This document shows, one piece after another, positions 26,185 to 37,865 of a DNA stretch of 64,000 nucleotides. The DNA comes from Amphiscolops sp. MND2022. Its lineage: Eukaryota. Where the stretch lies: the NCBI GenBank assembly GCA_964187785.1, contig OZ076409.1, forward strand, positions 60,638,001 through 60,702,000, read 5' to 3'. Both the position numbers and the translations under genes were made by a program. The notes under the pieces are model-generated. The model was given only the letters and a program-made list of their open reading frames with translations. It made no database searches and had not been told where the DNA came from. The number at the start of each line of letters is the position of its first letter. Position 1 is the first letter of the stretch.

Positions 26185-26627
26185 AGATGCCTGAAAGTCA
26201 ACAGTGTAATAGATTGGTTGCAGAAAATCGGTGACACTTTCTAATAGTTTATCATTGCCAGCATCTAGTGGCTTGTAATATAATTTATTATTATGATAGA
26301 AAACAGGCCCCTCCGGGGCTCAGTACTATTTCTGCTTTAATCTTTATTTTTTTTTGAAACAAAAAAATTCATTAATAAAAGAATCATATCTGGAATACCA
26401 ATACACTCTTGTTTAATCATTATTTAGCGCACAATTACATGTAATCACTGTACAGGTTTACACCGCCTTTAATTCTTCTCGGACTAAAGAAAATATAACT
26501 ACTGAGCGTAGACGAAGTTTCGCATTCGCATTTGAATGCAGGCGAAGCTCTCAACGAACGAATTATTAACACTCATGGAAAAAGTTTTGGAATCAATGTA
26601 AACTAAATCAAGAATAAAAATAAAAAG

Positions 26628-27153
26628 GAAAACGTTTTCGATGTAACATCATCATCAGTCTGAAAATAAAAATATATCAGTAATAAACAGCTTCCATGAC
26701 GAGCTGTGAGATTATAAAATAATTTAAATAAAATAAAACAAAGTCCTTTGAACAGATGATTAATCACCACAATAATATTCAATTTCTGCATCGAAGCTCT
26801 CACAACTTGACTGTAAGGGGGCGGCTGGTGTACTCCTCTTTCCCATTAATCTCCGGTCGTAACATAGCAATATAAAGTGACTCCAACGTAACAAGAGTAG
26901 AAACATTGTAATGTTTATCAATAATTTTCAAATCGTAGGATTGCAACGAACCACAAGTGCGTAGATGCTGTCCAACTGGTGCCTTCTCCTCAAGATACTC
27001 ATTTACACGGGTTTTCGAATGCCTGGACGTCTGCTCGACATAGCAAGCATTACAGCTTGAACATGTAAATTGGTAAATAACCCTGCTGCTGAGCTCCTTT
27101 GGAGTAGCTGGCTTCAAACTGGGCAATGTTGTCTTTAATTCTCTTATTAACAC
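26628..27153 (-). mobile_element. Penelope-like element 3' remnant: GIY-YIG endonuclease and a hammerhead-like motif
   Basis: ORF 26800..27153 VIYQFTCSSCNACYVEQTSR...H...LESLYIAMLRPEIN. Downstream CTGATGA-TGATGTTACATC-GAAAACGTTTTC. Confidence 0.85.
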
Positions 27154-28292
27154 TCATTCGCTTCATCTCAATAACTCTGCGCAACGAAAGCACAATTACG
27201 AACATTCGCTCGCTTCATCTCAATGACGTCAGCTTACGAAAGCATGATTACCACACGCTCGTTCCATCGCACGAGTATTGAAAGGTCGTCGGCAGCTTGA
27301 GAGATTTAATTCTCACGCTTAGAGTCTCTGCCGAACAAATATCTGAATTATTCAGTATCGTGCGAAAAATTGTACTGAAAAAAAAGTAGACATGTTGAGA
27401 TTTCAATAATATTCCTGCTATCGCAGAAATAAAAATTGAGAAAAAGCACGAGCGGACATGATGATAAATAACATTTCGAATCTGCTCTGATGTTTGCACG
27501 ACAATTAGCGAGCCGGTAACTTTTCAAATCAACGTATCTCTATGACAGTATATGCTTTCTCACCTCGATGACTTTTTACAGGGTATGCCATTATATGTTT
27601 TCAATTATTTTTAAAAACGTTTGAAACATGTTTGAAAATCCTTCGAACAAAGACAAAACAAGACGGGAACGTCTCAAGTCGGCGCTATATCTAAGGTTCG
27701 AATAAAACCGAAGGTGGGCCCTTTGGAGACGAAAAAAAATTCGAGAAAAATCGCACAGTGCCGAAATAAAACGAAAGGGCGGACCCTTTGGTCCTGTCCG
27801 GTTTTGTAGGTTGCGTTTAAAAAGTAAAAAACCAGAGGGGGGCCATTTGGAATGACTTAGATGCGCTTCCCGGGTATTCGTATACTTTCCTTTAATAGAA
27901 CATACTGAACGTTAACGTTCGTCGCTTCGAATCTCTTAAGGAAAGAGGTACTCTCTTGAAGGAGAGATACAAATTTACAGATCGAGAAAAAAGTAAAAAG
28001 AAAAAGCTCTCAGGATAGACAAAAAGAACATTTACATTTTATATGCCAAGTACAGGTTCTGTTCAAGTCATCCTTAGTTTGAGTTAAAAGTAGAAAGTAC
28101 TGTCGGAGTTGGTCTTAGGAATTAGGTCCAGTAGAATTCTACAAACTAGTCCTAGGGGTTACCAGTCACTTGGCTTAATACCATTTGGCCATATTTTTTC
28201 GTCATTCATTTGGCTTAAAAGTTTAATGCCAAGTGACCACAAAATTAAGCCAACTCCATTCCAACTCAAGGAATAAATTTGTCAACTCCCGG

Positions 28293-30646
28293 CAGGGCTG
28301 TTAGCTACAATTCCAATTCCGGGGGGTCAATTCCAATTCCCAGCGATTCAATTCCAATTCCATTTCCAAAAGTGCATAGAATTCAATTCCAATTCCTGAA
28401 ACTTAGAAACATTTAATTAAAGATAGAATTTAGGCGTTTCGTTATTGTTACAATTACATTTGGAGTTTTTCTGAAAATATTATCTTTAATGTTTTTTATT
28501 TATAATTGAATTGGTCATGATATACCAATAATTTTTATTTTCTTGTTACTTTTCATCTGAAAACTATTTTTTATTTGATTTTAGACGTTTTTTCAGATTG
28601 GCATTTTTTTACAAATTTCTTTTTTCCATTTTGTTGAATTGTTTAAGTCCGTTATTTTAAAGCATGGTTGACGACGGTGAGAATCAAACTGCTATTATTG
28701 AGTACAAACCAAGTTGTAAATCTCTGGTTGCCGAGATACACAAATATTTTCTTGTTCAATATGTCAATGGGAGACGAACAGAGATCAGGAAATGTTTATC
28801 ATGCAGTTCTCTGATAAAAAGCGTGAAATCTGGTACTTCTGCAATGCAGAAGCATCGAAACTCCTGCATTTCTTCCACGCTTCAAAAGCGACCTTCCGAC
28901 CAGCCTTGCCTGTCATTTCCCAAAGTAATTATTATTCGCAATATATTGATGCCCCTTAAGGAAATTACAATGAGCCTTCAGAGTGAAAAAGCAGACGCCC
29001 AACTCGGGGTGAAAGTTATTCACTTTTTAAAAGAGATGGCACGCAGAGAGCCTGCACTAAATTCTCCAATTCGCACAGTCTTGTCAAAATGGGTAAACGG
29101 CAATGATATGGTAAATTGTCTTATAAATTCTTCGGGTGGGTTTTATTAAAATGTGAAAAATCACGCACTTTCGACAGCTCTACCTGTTCTTGCGCCGTCA
29201 ACCGATCATTCCACCGGGAGACAGGTCGGACAATAGGACTAATTCTTTTTTAGTGCCGCCTTAGAACTAATGGAAATAGGACTAATTGAAATAGGACTAA
29301 AACAACTTTTGGCACGGAAAATTTGCAATTACGTATATCGAATTGACAAAATCACGACATGTTCAATTGTAAACATCCAACATAAAAAAAGTACAACAAA
29401 AAAAACGCAGATGCGGATAAAAACATGGTACAAAATTCAAATTTTGTGGTAGTACAATGAAAGTAGTACAAAAGTAACGTAATACAATTGATCAATAAAA
29501 AATTGATACAATCATTATTTTTCTCCTTCCATTGATTTTATAAAATAGTCAGATCTCAAATCATTTTATTGAAGAATAAAATTTTACGTTTCGTAAATGA
29601 CTCACAAAAGTTTCAGTACTTTCCCCTTCTAATGTGGGGGCATCTTCGGTGTATGCACGCTCGCCCTTACCGTCGCAAAGACAAGCTCCCACTGCGATCA
29701 TTCGCGATCTCCGTTCCCGCTAGGTCTTTGCTCCTGTTCGACCTCGCTTAGCAAGATGGTAACATAAGCGGCCCCAAAGGGCCGCGGGGCACTAGAGGAA
29801 ATGAGGAAATATCAGAGGCACGTTTTATACTTCGAAAAATTTTAGATATTATTCCTTTAGATACTATTCCGTTCTCCCCTTGGGTCTCATTCCGCATTTC
29901 AGGTCCTATTCTCACTTTTTTCGTTCCAATTCCCGGAACAAATTAGTTCTAATTCCTGTTTTTAGTTCCAATTCCCGTAACAAATTAGTTCTAATTCCTG
30001 TTTGAGATTATACGAAATTAGTTCTATTTCACATGAACGTTTCAGAAATTTTGAGCATGTTAGTCCTAATTCCATTAGATCTATTTCTTTAGTCCGATTT
30101 CCGTTTCCCCCATTCCACCTATAATGGAAGCACTCCTCTAGATTCATTCAAAAGTTTTTGTGTAAGAGTGGAGCAGGATAGTTTTTGCTTGTTTGTATTT
30201 TTGAAGCACTTACGTGTTACGAGTGTTGATCCCGAGTGACTTTTTTCACTTGCCAGACTGACAAAAAAATTTCTTCAGTGCAGCTTGTCTCCCGCCAACC
30301 ACCACCGAAACGTATTCTTGAAGAAAAACGTGGCTTTTCTGAAAGAGTAAATGGTGCTAAGATTATTTTCACATTACGCTATTTAATAATTTTTTTTGAA
30401 ATTGTTGTTTTTTTAAACAATAATGGCTTTCAACCAAAAAAACGATATTCGGGTCAGGTCGCTCGTTAAATGTTTTGTCTTTGGCAGATGCCAGGTCAGC
30501 TTGTTCGTCAATTCCGTAGCAATTCCGGAAAAATAATCATTTCCAATTCGAATTCCTGTGCTCGGAATTGACTCAATTCCAATTCTCAATTCTTACGGAC
30601 GTGTCGGTTTTCAATTCCATCCAAAGTCAACTAGTTGACAACCCTG
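28293..30646 (+). mobile_element. Internally deleted hAT transposon with BED-finger remnant
   Basis: TIRs CAGGGCTGTTAGCTA / TAGTTGACAACCCTG; 8-bp TSD ACTCCCGG / ACTTCCGG; subterminal CAATTC repeats. ORF 28664..29149 has IHKYF...KCLSC...GTSAMQKH...C and LMPLKEITMSLQSE. Confidence 0.82.
29216..30110. mobile_element. MULE/foldback-like non-autonomous element nested in the hAT
   Basis: 9-bp TSD CATTCCACC at 29207-29215 and 30111-30119; GGGAGACAGG / CCGTTTCCCC ends; GGACTAA / TTAGTCC subrepeats. Confidence 0.7.
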
Positions 30647-30684
30647 ACTTCCGGAAACATCATAATATGGGGCATATGCGGTGT

Positions 30685-31171
30685 GGCTACGTGGAATCAG
30701 GTCTATTGAAATAGATCTAAGAGAGGGGGCAAAACTGAGATCTAAATAAATTGATCTAAAGAATCACGTCTAAAAGTCTCTTCTTATTTGACCTAAATTG
30801 AGAAAAAAAATAAATCAATTAAGATCTAAAACTAAAAAGTGATATAAAGTATAAAACGTGCCTCGGATATGTCCCCATTTCCTCTAGTGCCCTGCGGCCC
30901 CTTGGGGCCGCTTATATTCCCATCTTGCTAAGCGAGGTCGAACAGGAGGTCGAACTTCGCGATCACCGTTCCCGCTAGGTCTTTGCGACGGTGAGGGCGA
31001 GCGTGCATACATCGCATATGTCCCACATCATATTTTCGCTTTCAGAACACATATTAGATCATAAAGGGGTTAGACCTAAGTATTTTAGATAAAATTAGAT
31101 CTGAAAGATAGACCTAACAGTTAGATCTAATTCCAATAGACCCAAGCAATTAGACCAAAGGCGTACACTCC
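30685..31171. mobile_element. MULE/foldback-like non-autonomous element
   Basis: 9-bp TSD ATGCGGTGT at 30676-30684 and 31172-31180; AGATCTAA / TTAGATC subrepeats; carries an inverted copy of a roughly 190-bp GC-rich core. Confidence 0.65.
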
Positions 31172-31741
31172 ATGCGGTGTATGCACGCTCGCCCTCAATG
31201 TCGCAAAGACCAGTTCCCACTACGATCACTTCGCCATCTCCGTTTCCGCTAGGTCTTTGCTCCTGTTCGACCTTGCTTAGCAAGATGGGAACATAAGCGG
31301 CCCCAAGGGGCCGCGGGGCACTAGAGGAAAAGGGGACATATCTGAGGGACGTTTTATACTTTGCATCATTCCTACAATTTTGTTCTTATTGGTTTTCTTC
31401 ATTTCCAGATTTCTACAAATTGGTATTCTACAAACTGAACCTCACTTTTCTACAAACTGGATTCTACAAACTGGTTTTCTACAAACTGGTTCTATACCCT
31501 TTGAAGTTATGCGAAGGAGTGATCAAGTCGATTTCAGTAGAGTCATGAAGATCACTGACCAGTTGAGTTACTCTTGGGAAAAACGACTGAAGAACTATTT
31601 TTCTTTCGAATATCAACGAGATGTAAGTCTGTAAGTTTGAATATCACTACGGCTTTCTTTTTTGTAAATTGGCGTTGAAAGACGCATTTCCAGATATCGG
31701 GCCAACTGAGTGTTGACGTTATGTCGGTCAAAAGTAGGTAG

Positions 31742-32270
31742 AACAAGACGGGAACGTCCCAAGTCGGCGCCATATCTTAGGCTCAAAAATATTCAAGGAA
31801 CAACTATTGGAAAAATTTGGAAAAAATTTTTTTTTCAAAAAAAATTTTTTGATTTTTTTTTCGAAAAAAAGTATTTTTTAGGTCGCACAATGCCGAAAAA
31901 CTCAAAAAGAGGCCATTCAGGCTCATTCAACGTTTTCTACAAACCGAAAACTTCAAAAAAATTCAAGGGGGTACCCTTTGATAAATTTCGAAAATTTTCG
32001 AAAAAAGTCGCATAGTGCCGAAAAAAAACCCAAAGGGGGGACCCTTTGGTCTCACATGTACTTTTGAAAGCATTAAAAAATTTATGGTTTAGTGCGAGAA
32101 TCGAACCCACGCTCTCCGGCTGGGTCGAAGATGGAAGATGAACAAATATGAAAGATGAACAAAAATTGTAAGAAAAGTGGACCACTCAGAGTGAGATTGT
32201 CAACTGAAAAAAAAACTACTCACTGTAAGAGTCGGGCTTTTTTCCTTAAGGGAAAAGGCGCCGACTAAAA
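31742..32270 (-). mobile_element. HINE-like element, AGTCGGCGC family
   Basis: AACAAGACGGGAACGTCCCAAGTCGGCGCC at one end; palindromic AGTCGGGCTTTTTTCCTTAAGGGAAAAGGCGCCGACTAAAA at the other. Confidence 0.7.
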
Positions 32271-32605
32271 ATGGAGCAAGATGTTCAAACATGGTATTCA
32301 GAAGTATCAGAAGTATAGGAGGTATTCCGTCGGCAGGTGGTTTGTATATTGATCGGGGATCTTTTTCAGAATATTTTTTGATGATTTCAACTGAAAAGTG
32401 CAAATCACTCAAGTACATTGAGGGGTTGTCAGCTTGGGGATGGACAGTTTCCTCATTGGATTTGAAGTACACCGACCAAAACAAATGAAAAGACTTATGA
32501 AATGTGAAAATGAAATAACAAAATGAAAGGAATCGCGGAATTTATTAATGACACACTTTAAATTCGAAATTTTGTAGGTAAGTTTTGAATGTTTTTTATT
32601 GACAT

Positions 32606-32805
32606 NNNNNNNNNNNNNNNNNNNNNNNNNNNNNNNNNNNNNNNNNNNNNNNNNNNNNNNNNNNNNNNNNNNNNNNNNNNNNNNNNNNNNNNNNNNNNNN
32701 NNNNNNNNNNNNNNNNNNNNNNNNNNNNNNNNNNNNNNNNNNNNNNNNNNNNNNNNNNNNNNNNNNNNNNNNNNNNNNNNNNNNNNNNNNNNNNNNNNNN
32801 NNNNN
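32606..32805. other. Assembly gap (200 N)
   Basis: Run of N. Confidence 1.
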
Positions 32806-33386
32806 GAATATATTATATATGAATGTCCCAAAATTGGACCCAAAATAGAGTAATTTCAATAGTCTAAGTATAACTTTTCAAGGTAATAAAAAACAGTTCC
32901 AGTTTCAGATCGTGAGACCAAAATAAAACTATTTATTGAAACAAAACCCAAGTTTGGAACTAATTGTCATCAGGTTTTTAAAGTTTTTTTATTTACGGTT
33001 GGATATTTTCCGATTATTACCCCCGCTCCTACATTAAATCAAAAACAAATTAGGATTTCAGCACCATTTTTTCCAAGATCTTTTGAACTTATGGGAACTT
33101 GTTGTCCGAACCAAACTACTAACGTTCATTAAGTACAGATGTATTGCGCCTATACTGTCATTTAAGTAAATTCTGATTCAGAGTTGAAAGGTGAGTAGCC
33201 GACGCTTCTACGGGTTGTGAGTTCAAGTTGTGAGAAACGGAACATTAAATTTTAGTGGATTCTAAGACGCCAAAATTTGAAGCAAATTGATTGGTTAATA
33301 AATTTGTTGTGGAATCCGAGGACATGAAATGCGGAATTTAAGACAGAAAAATACCGACGGCTGTCTCGATTTCCACGGCTTGTCTA

Positions 33387-33451
33387 ATGTTTTATGTATA
33401 TGTTTTAAGTATATGTTTTAAGTATATGTTTTAAGTATATGTTTTAAGTAT
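33387..33451. repeat. 13-bp tandem repeat (GTATATGTTTTAA)n
   Basis: About 4-5 copies. Confidence 0.9.
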
Positions 33452-34370
33452 AAGACGGTGTCTCAGTTTCCACAAACTAGTGAAATTAAATCAATTTTGC
33501 ATGTTTAAAGACTTGTCTGTAGAATCTAAGGGGTTACGAGCACAAAATTCTGTTTGTAGAAAATACGCTTGTCTATGCACTGTAAGGAAGAAACGGTTGA
33601 ACAGGTCAGCTTTGGCAACAGTATTATTTGCACAAAGAGATTCATATTTCATAGTGAATGGACAAGAGGCGTTGTTGTTCAGTTTTCCGAGAAGGGTGAA
33701 GGCATCGTGTGTCGGGCTCTGTTCTTAATGTCAGGTTCAGATGGCTGACCTACAACCGATGAAACGAGAGAGGTCGAAACGAGATGGATAGCGGACTTGA
33801 CAGGTACCTACCAGACAGTGAACTGAATTTTAGTTTTTCTGGCACCTGCCGTAAACGTGGAAACATTAGTATAAAATTCGCTCGCAATTTCATTGGTGTC
33901 ATTTCAACAAACGCTTCAATTATTAACCACTGCAAAACGTTTAATAGGTTACGGGCCCAGACCATAACTGACCTACAACGACGACGACCGACTCCGCCTC
34001 AACAATCAAAGCATAATAAGCCCAGATCGACCAGTTGACGTGGAGCCAGGCAGACAGCAGCCGAGATGACAGCAACTCACTCGAAGTTGGAGAAGCTCTC
34101 CTCCACGGTCGAGGACGACGATTCAGCGAACAGTTCGAGGCCAGGATGCACATGATCCACCTGGGAAAGTTCCTCGAGGACAAGCTGACTGTGCCTGCCT
34201 ACAAAGAAGACGAGACGAGGGAAGAAGAAACTGCCAGGGCAAAGCAGGACACGAACGGAAGAAGCTGGTGCGAGCTTGTTCAGTGCTTGGACAAGGCATC
34301 AATCAACTTCATCCACCTTCACAAACCAGACGGGGTGGAAGCATGGAAAACCATTGTGGGGAAGCACCGC

Positions 34371-36822
34371 TGTTACGACATACGTTCGGGTCGTTTTGTG
34401 TAGAATTTATCCTGACTGATTTTGTCGGAGTATAAAAGTTTTTAGTTTCGTTTTCCGTTTCCTCATCAAAGTTATCCCTAGCATCCTCTCTTGTTTTAGG
34501 TTTGAGGAGTTCCAACATCTCCTTTTGAGACTCGACGAGGAGATTCTTGATCTCAGATGTTATCTCTTCCTTCAAAGAAGCCCTTAAACTCTCCAAGAGG
34601 CTATTTTCAATTCGGGGCGATTTTGGTTTAGATGGATCCGCTACTACTACGTCCTGATCCGAAGAACAAGGAACTTCTATTAGTATTGGCGAAACAAAGC
34701 CCTCACTTACGTTTCTATCACCTCCTTGTTAGTCATTCCTTCTTTTCTGGCTTCTTGTTGTTGACATTTTGCTGTAGAAAAGTTCTATCTTGAAGAATTG
34801 AATTTCTTTCAGAGATGTTTTCAAACATAGTTAGAAAATTAGAGTTTGGCGAAATTGAGAATTCAACTGAATCACACAATTACAAAAGACTGAGTCCCTC
34901 AGTCAACTAAAATCATCCTATATATACACTCCTAGCATCATTTGATCACGAGCTGAAATCCTAATTTCCTTCGAACAAATAGTCATTTCCTGTATTTTCG
35001 GTGAAAAAATCATTTGTTTCCAATTTTACGTCTACATTTCGTCAATTTTTGAGACACGATGATCTACATCTTGTATTAGTCATCAAGCATAATCATATCA
35101 TTTCATCCTGGCGTCCTTTTTATTTCCTCCCAAGCAGGAAGTAGATATTACTTCAGTTTGTCAAACCGGAAATGATTCCCCGTTTTACTGCTTTGGTTCG
35201 TTAGAAATTGACGCTGAGGTGACGCTGACGTGAACAAATAATGCTTGATTTTGAATTTTAACTTGAGGAAAATGCTATGACTAATGTTTTCAGCCTCAGA
35301 ATTTCTAATGATGCTAGGAAAAGTGGAAACGAAAATTATAGGATTAGCAACAATTTCTAAATTGGGCTCAATTTAGATGGTTAACAACTAATTAGAACAA
35401 GTCAACGAAGCATTAACGTTTACATTAGAGTACTAAATTAATTTAACTGCAACACTTGGCTATTACAAAATTGTCTAAAAGGTTATGGAAATATGACGTG
35501 ATAATCATGAAATTCAGAGCGTACAAATCCTCACAATCAAACCTTCATAAAATCACGAGATTATGGGTTAACGTCCTGACGTCGCCAATTTAGATCAACG
35601 GAGTAACACATCTAGTCATAATAATAGTTACAAATGCTAAGGTATTCAAACGTGGTTATCGCATACAATTGAGGCAACAATGAACACAGATATATTGAGA
35701 AGATACAAATGTAGACAAAACATTAGGAAAAATATGATTGTGTTATTAAAATATAGCTCTCTCCAGTTCATATTTCACTGTTGCACAGACACGTCCGACT
35801 GACGTCAAGTTATTCAAATAGCATCCAAGGACTGTAATAGTTAATACAAAATGTACAGTGACAGCCTTCTCTCCTAGAATAAACTGTGACATTATATATT
35901 AAGAGTAGGAAAACTCTAATTAGGTTATTTTGTAACGTGATTTTAATAAGCCCGTAGACAAACCGACGATGCCTGGACGCAATTTATCAGGATTTGTTCT
36001 TATCTTTGTTGAACTTGTTAGAGTCCTTTAACGTTTCCTTTCCGTCAAATCCGTAATACCGATATTCATTTCTATCTTGAATGGACTAAAACAGCTACTT
36101 TGATGGATTTTGGACGTAAAGCGGACGTACGTATTAGCATTGGCCTTAATCTGCTGGTATTGGACGTAGCTTTGACGTAATTGTGGAGTGAAATCTAACT
36201 AGCTGTTATGGCTGTGACGTCACACCAACGTCTGATTTGGAATACTTTCTGCCTCGTTAACTAGTTAGCGGCGGAGTGCTGACGTCACTATTATAGTAAT
36301 ATTTGCATGTACCTTTTAATATTTGTTTGCTTAGCGACGCGGTACCGTCCTATTCTGCATTAATTGCAGTTCAAAGCGCAATTAAGTTGCCTTTCTTAGA
36401 AAAAGCTTAAATGTTTCGGCGTGTCATCTCAATGTATTCTCTATTTTAGATCTGTTTGTTGTACGTTCCCGATTAACAATTTTGAATGTGTTTTCGTTTA
36501 GATCAGTCTATGGTCTTTATTCCAAGACGTATTCCTAATTAAGTTTTCAGGTTGCGAATGTTTCTACTTTCACGTGATAAAAGCGTCCTGCCGGAAATGT
36601 ATGAAATCATTTTGATTCATTTTAGTTTCTGTTTTCATTTTCGTTTAAACTTTTCGTAAGTTGGGCGTTCGTTTCCGTATTTTTAGTCACAGTTTATTTC
36701 AAAGATAAGGTTTTAGAGTTACCAGTTAAAATAAGATTTGGGGAATCTCAGATTGCCTCCATGTCCTCTCCCGATCTTCAGTCGTCGGCAACCACAAGCC
36801 AGACGGGGAGCGGGCTGTGACA
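34371..36822 (-). repeat. 3' LTR (2452 bp) of the Gypsy element
   Basis: TGTTACGACA...GGGCTGTGACA. Near-identical to 48309-50569 apart from two extra blocks (about 35198-35258 and 35822-35950). Confidence 0.95.
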
Positions 36823-37426
36823 GGGCCGCTCTTGTAGGAAGATTGACGCTGCCCGGGGTTCTGAGTTGTGAGGTAATTGTCGGAGTAGTGGTGACTGGCT
36901 GTACTCTCCTCTCCAAATCGTTCAAAGGGCTTGCCTGCAAGAAATTTATCTTCCTTGGCGTTCCTGGCGGGGTGTTGAAGTAAGAAGAGGCGTCTTCTTA
37001 GTTCACCTTTTCAAGATATTTTGCCACTTTACTGCTCGTTATCGACTCTTTATCGTTTGCCGAGGTTTCAACAACAAATATGTCAGATGACAAGCTTTCA
37101 TCTGGGCTCTCTGGAGAGTCGGCCATTACTACTTCTTCGGGACTTTCCGATTGTGGGTACTGACCCGATTCCACAGTTTCGAAGCTCGTGTAGTGTTCGC
37201 TGAGTTTCATTCTTTTGCATTCAGCTTCCAGGGAGTCTAGAGAAAGTTCGAGAAATTCTTCCTCATCTGCAGTAGCTTCCGCTGACGAGTTCAGTTTTTC
37301 GACAATTATTCTTATGTATTCTTTGTTGGCCCTAGGTAACGGGGTAGAAGCCCTTGTGATCTCACCTTCCTCTTCGCTTGACGATGAGATCTCGATCAAC
37401 TCGTATATATCTAGTAGATTATTCAT
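36719..37426 (-). pseudogene. Accessory sense ORF (acidic, Ser/Thr/Pro-rich, about 235 codons) with one in-frame stop, ending inside the 3' LTR
   Basis: ORFs 36998..37426 and 36719..36940 are in the same frame, separated by a single TAA and 19 open codons. Confidence 0.6.
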
Positions 37427-37865
37427 CTTCTTTGTGAGGTTTCTTTCTTTTTGCAGCTGTCGTTCGTATTTAATTGTTCCACAATGAATTTGGGATTAAT
37501 TAGGATTAAGGAGAATGTTGGGATAAATCCCTCCATTCTGATTGGTTAAACAATCCTTTTTAATCTTCAGGTGTTGACGCTGTGCCAACGTCGTTTTTTA
37601 TTGACTGCAAATTGAATTAATTCGCTTAGCCAAGTTTGTCAACGTTATGCTGACGTCATTTTCGCTAGCCTTAGCTAACTTTTGTTTTTGTCACCGTTAT
37701 GATGACGTCATAATAGGTTATGGAATCGATTTCTCAACCCTAATAACTTTTTTTGCCGACGTTATGCCAACGTCAATTTCGCTGGTTCTCAACCAACTTT
37801 AGTTTTTGTCACCGTTATGATGACGTCATTTTTGAGTTTGTTTTCAGATTCTCAGCTGTTTCTCG
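37427..37865. promoter_or_regulatory. Putative bidirectional promoter with three TGACGTCA (CRE/ATF-type) sites
   Basis: TGACGTCA at 37651, 37703 and 37821; a roughly 35-bp direct repeat (37677-37711 and 37795-37829); ATTGG at 37541; lies between two divergent starts. Confidence 0.45.

Noticed and set aside
32409..32859. ORFs spanning the N run
   Set aside because: Artefacts of the assembly gap.
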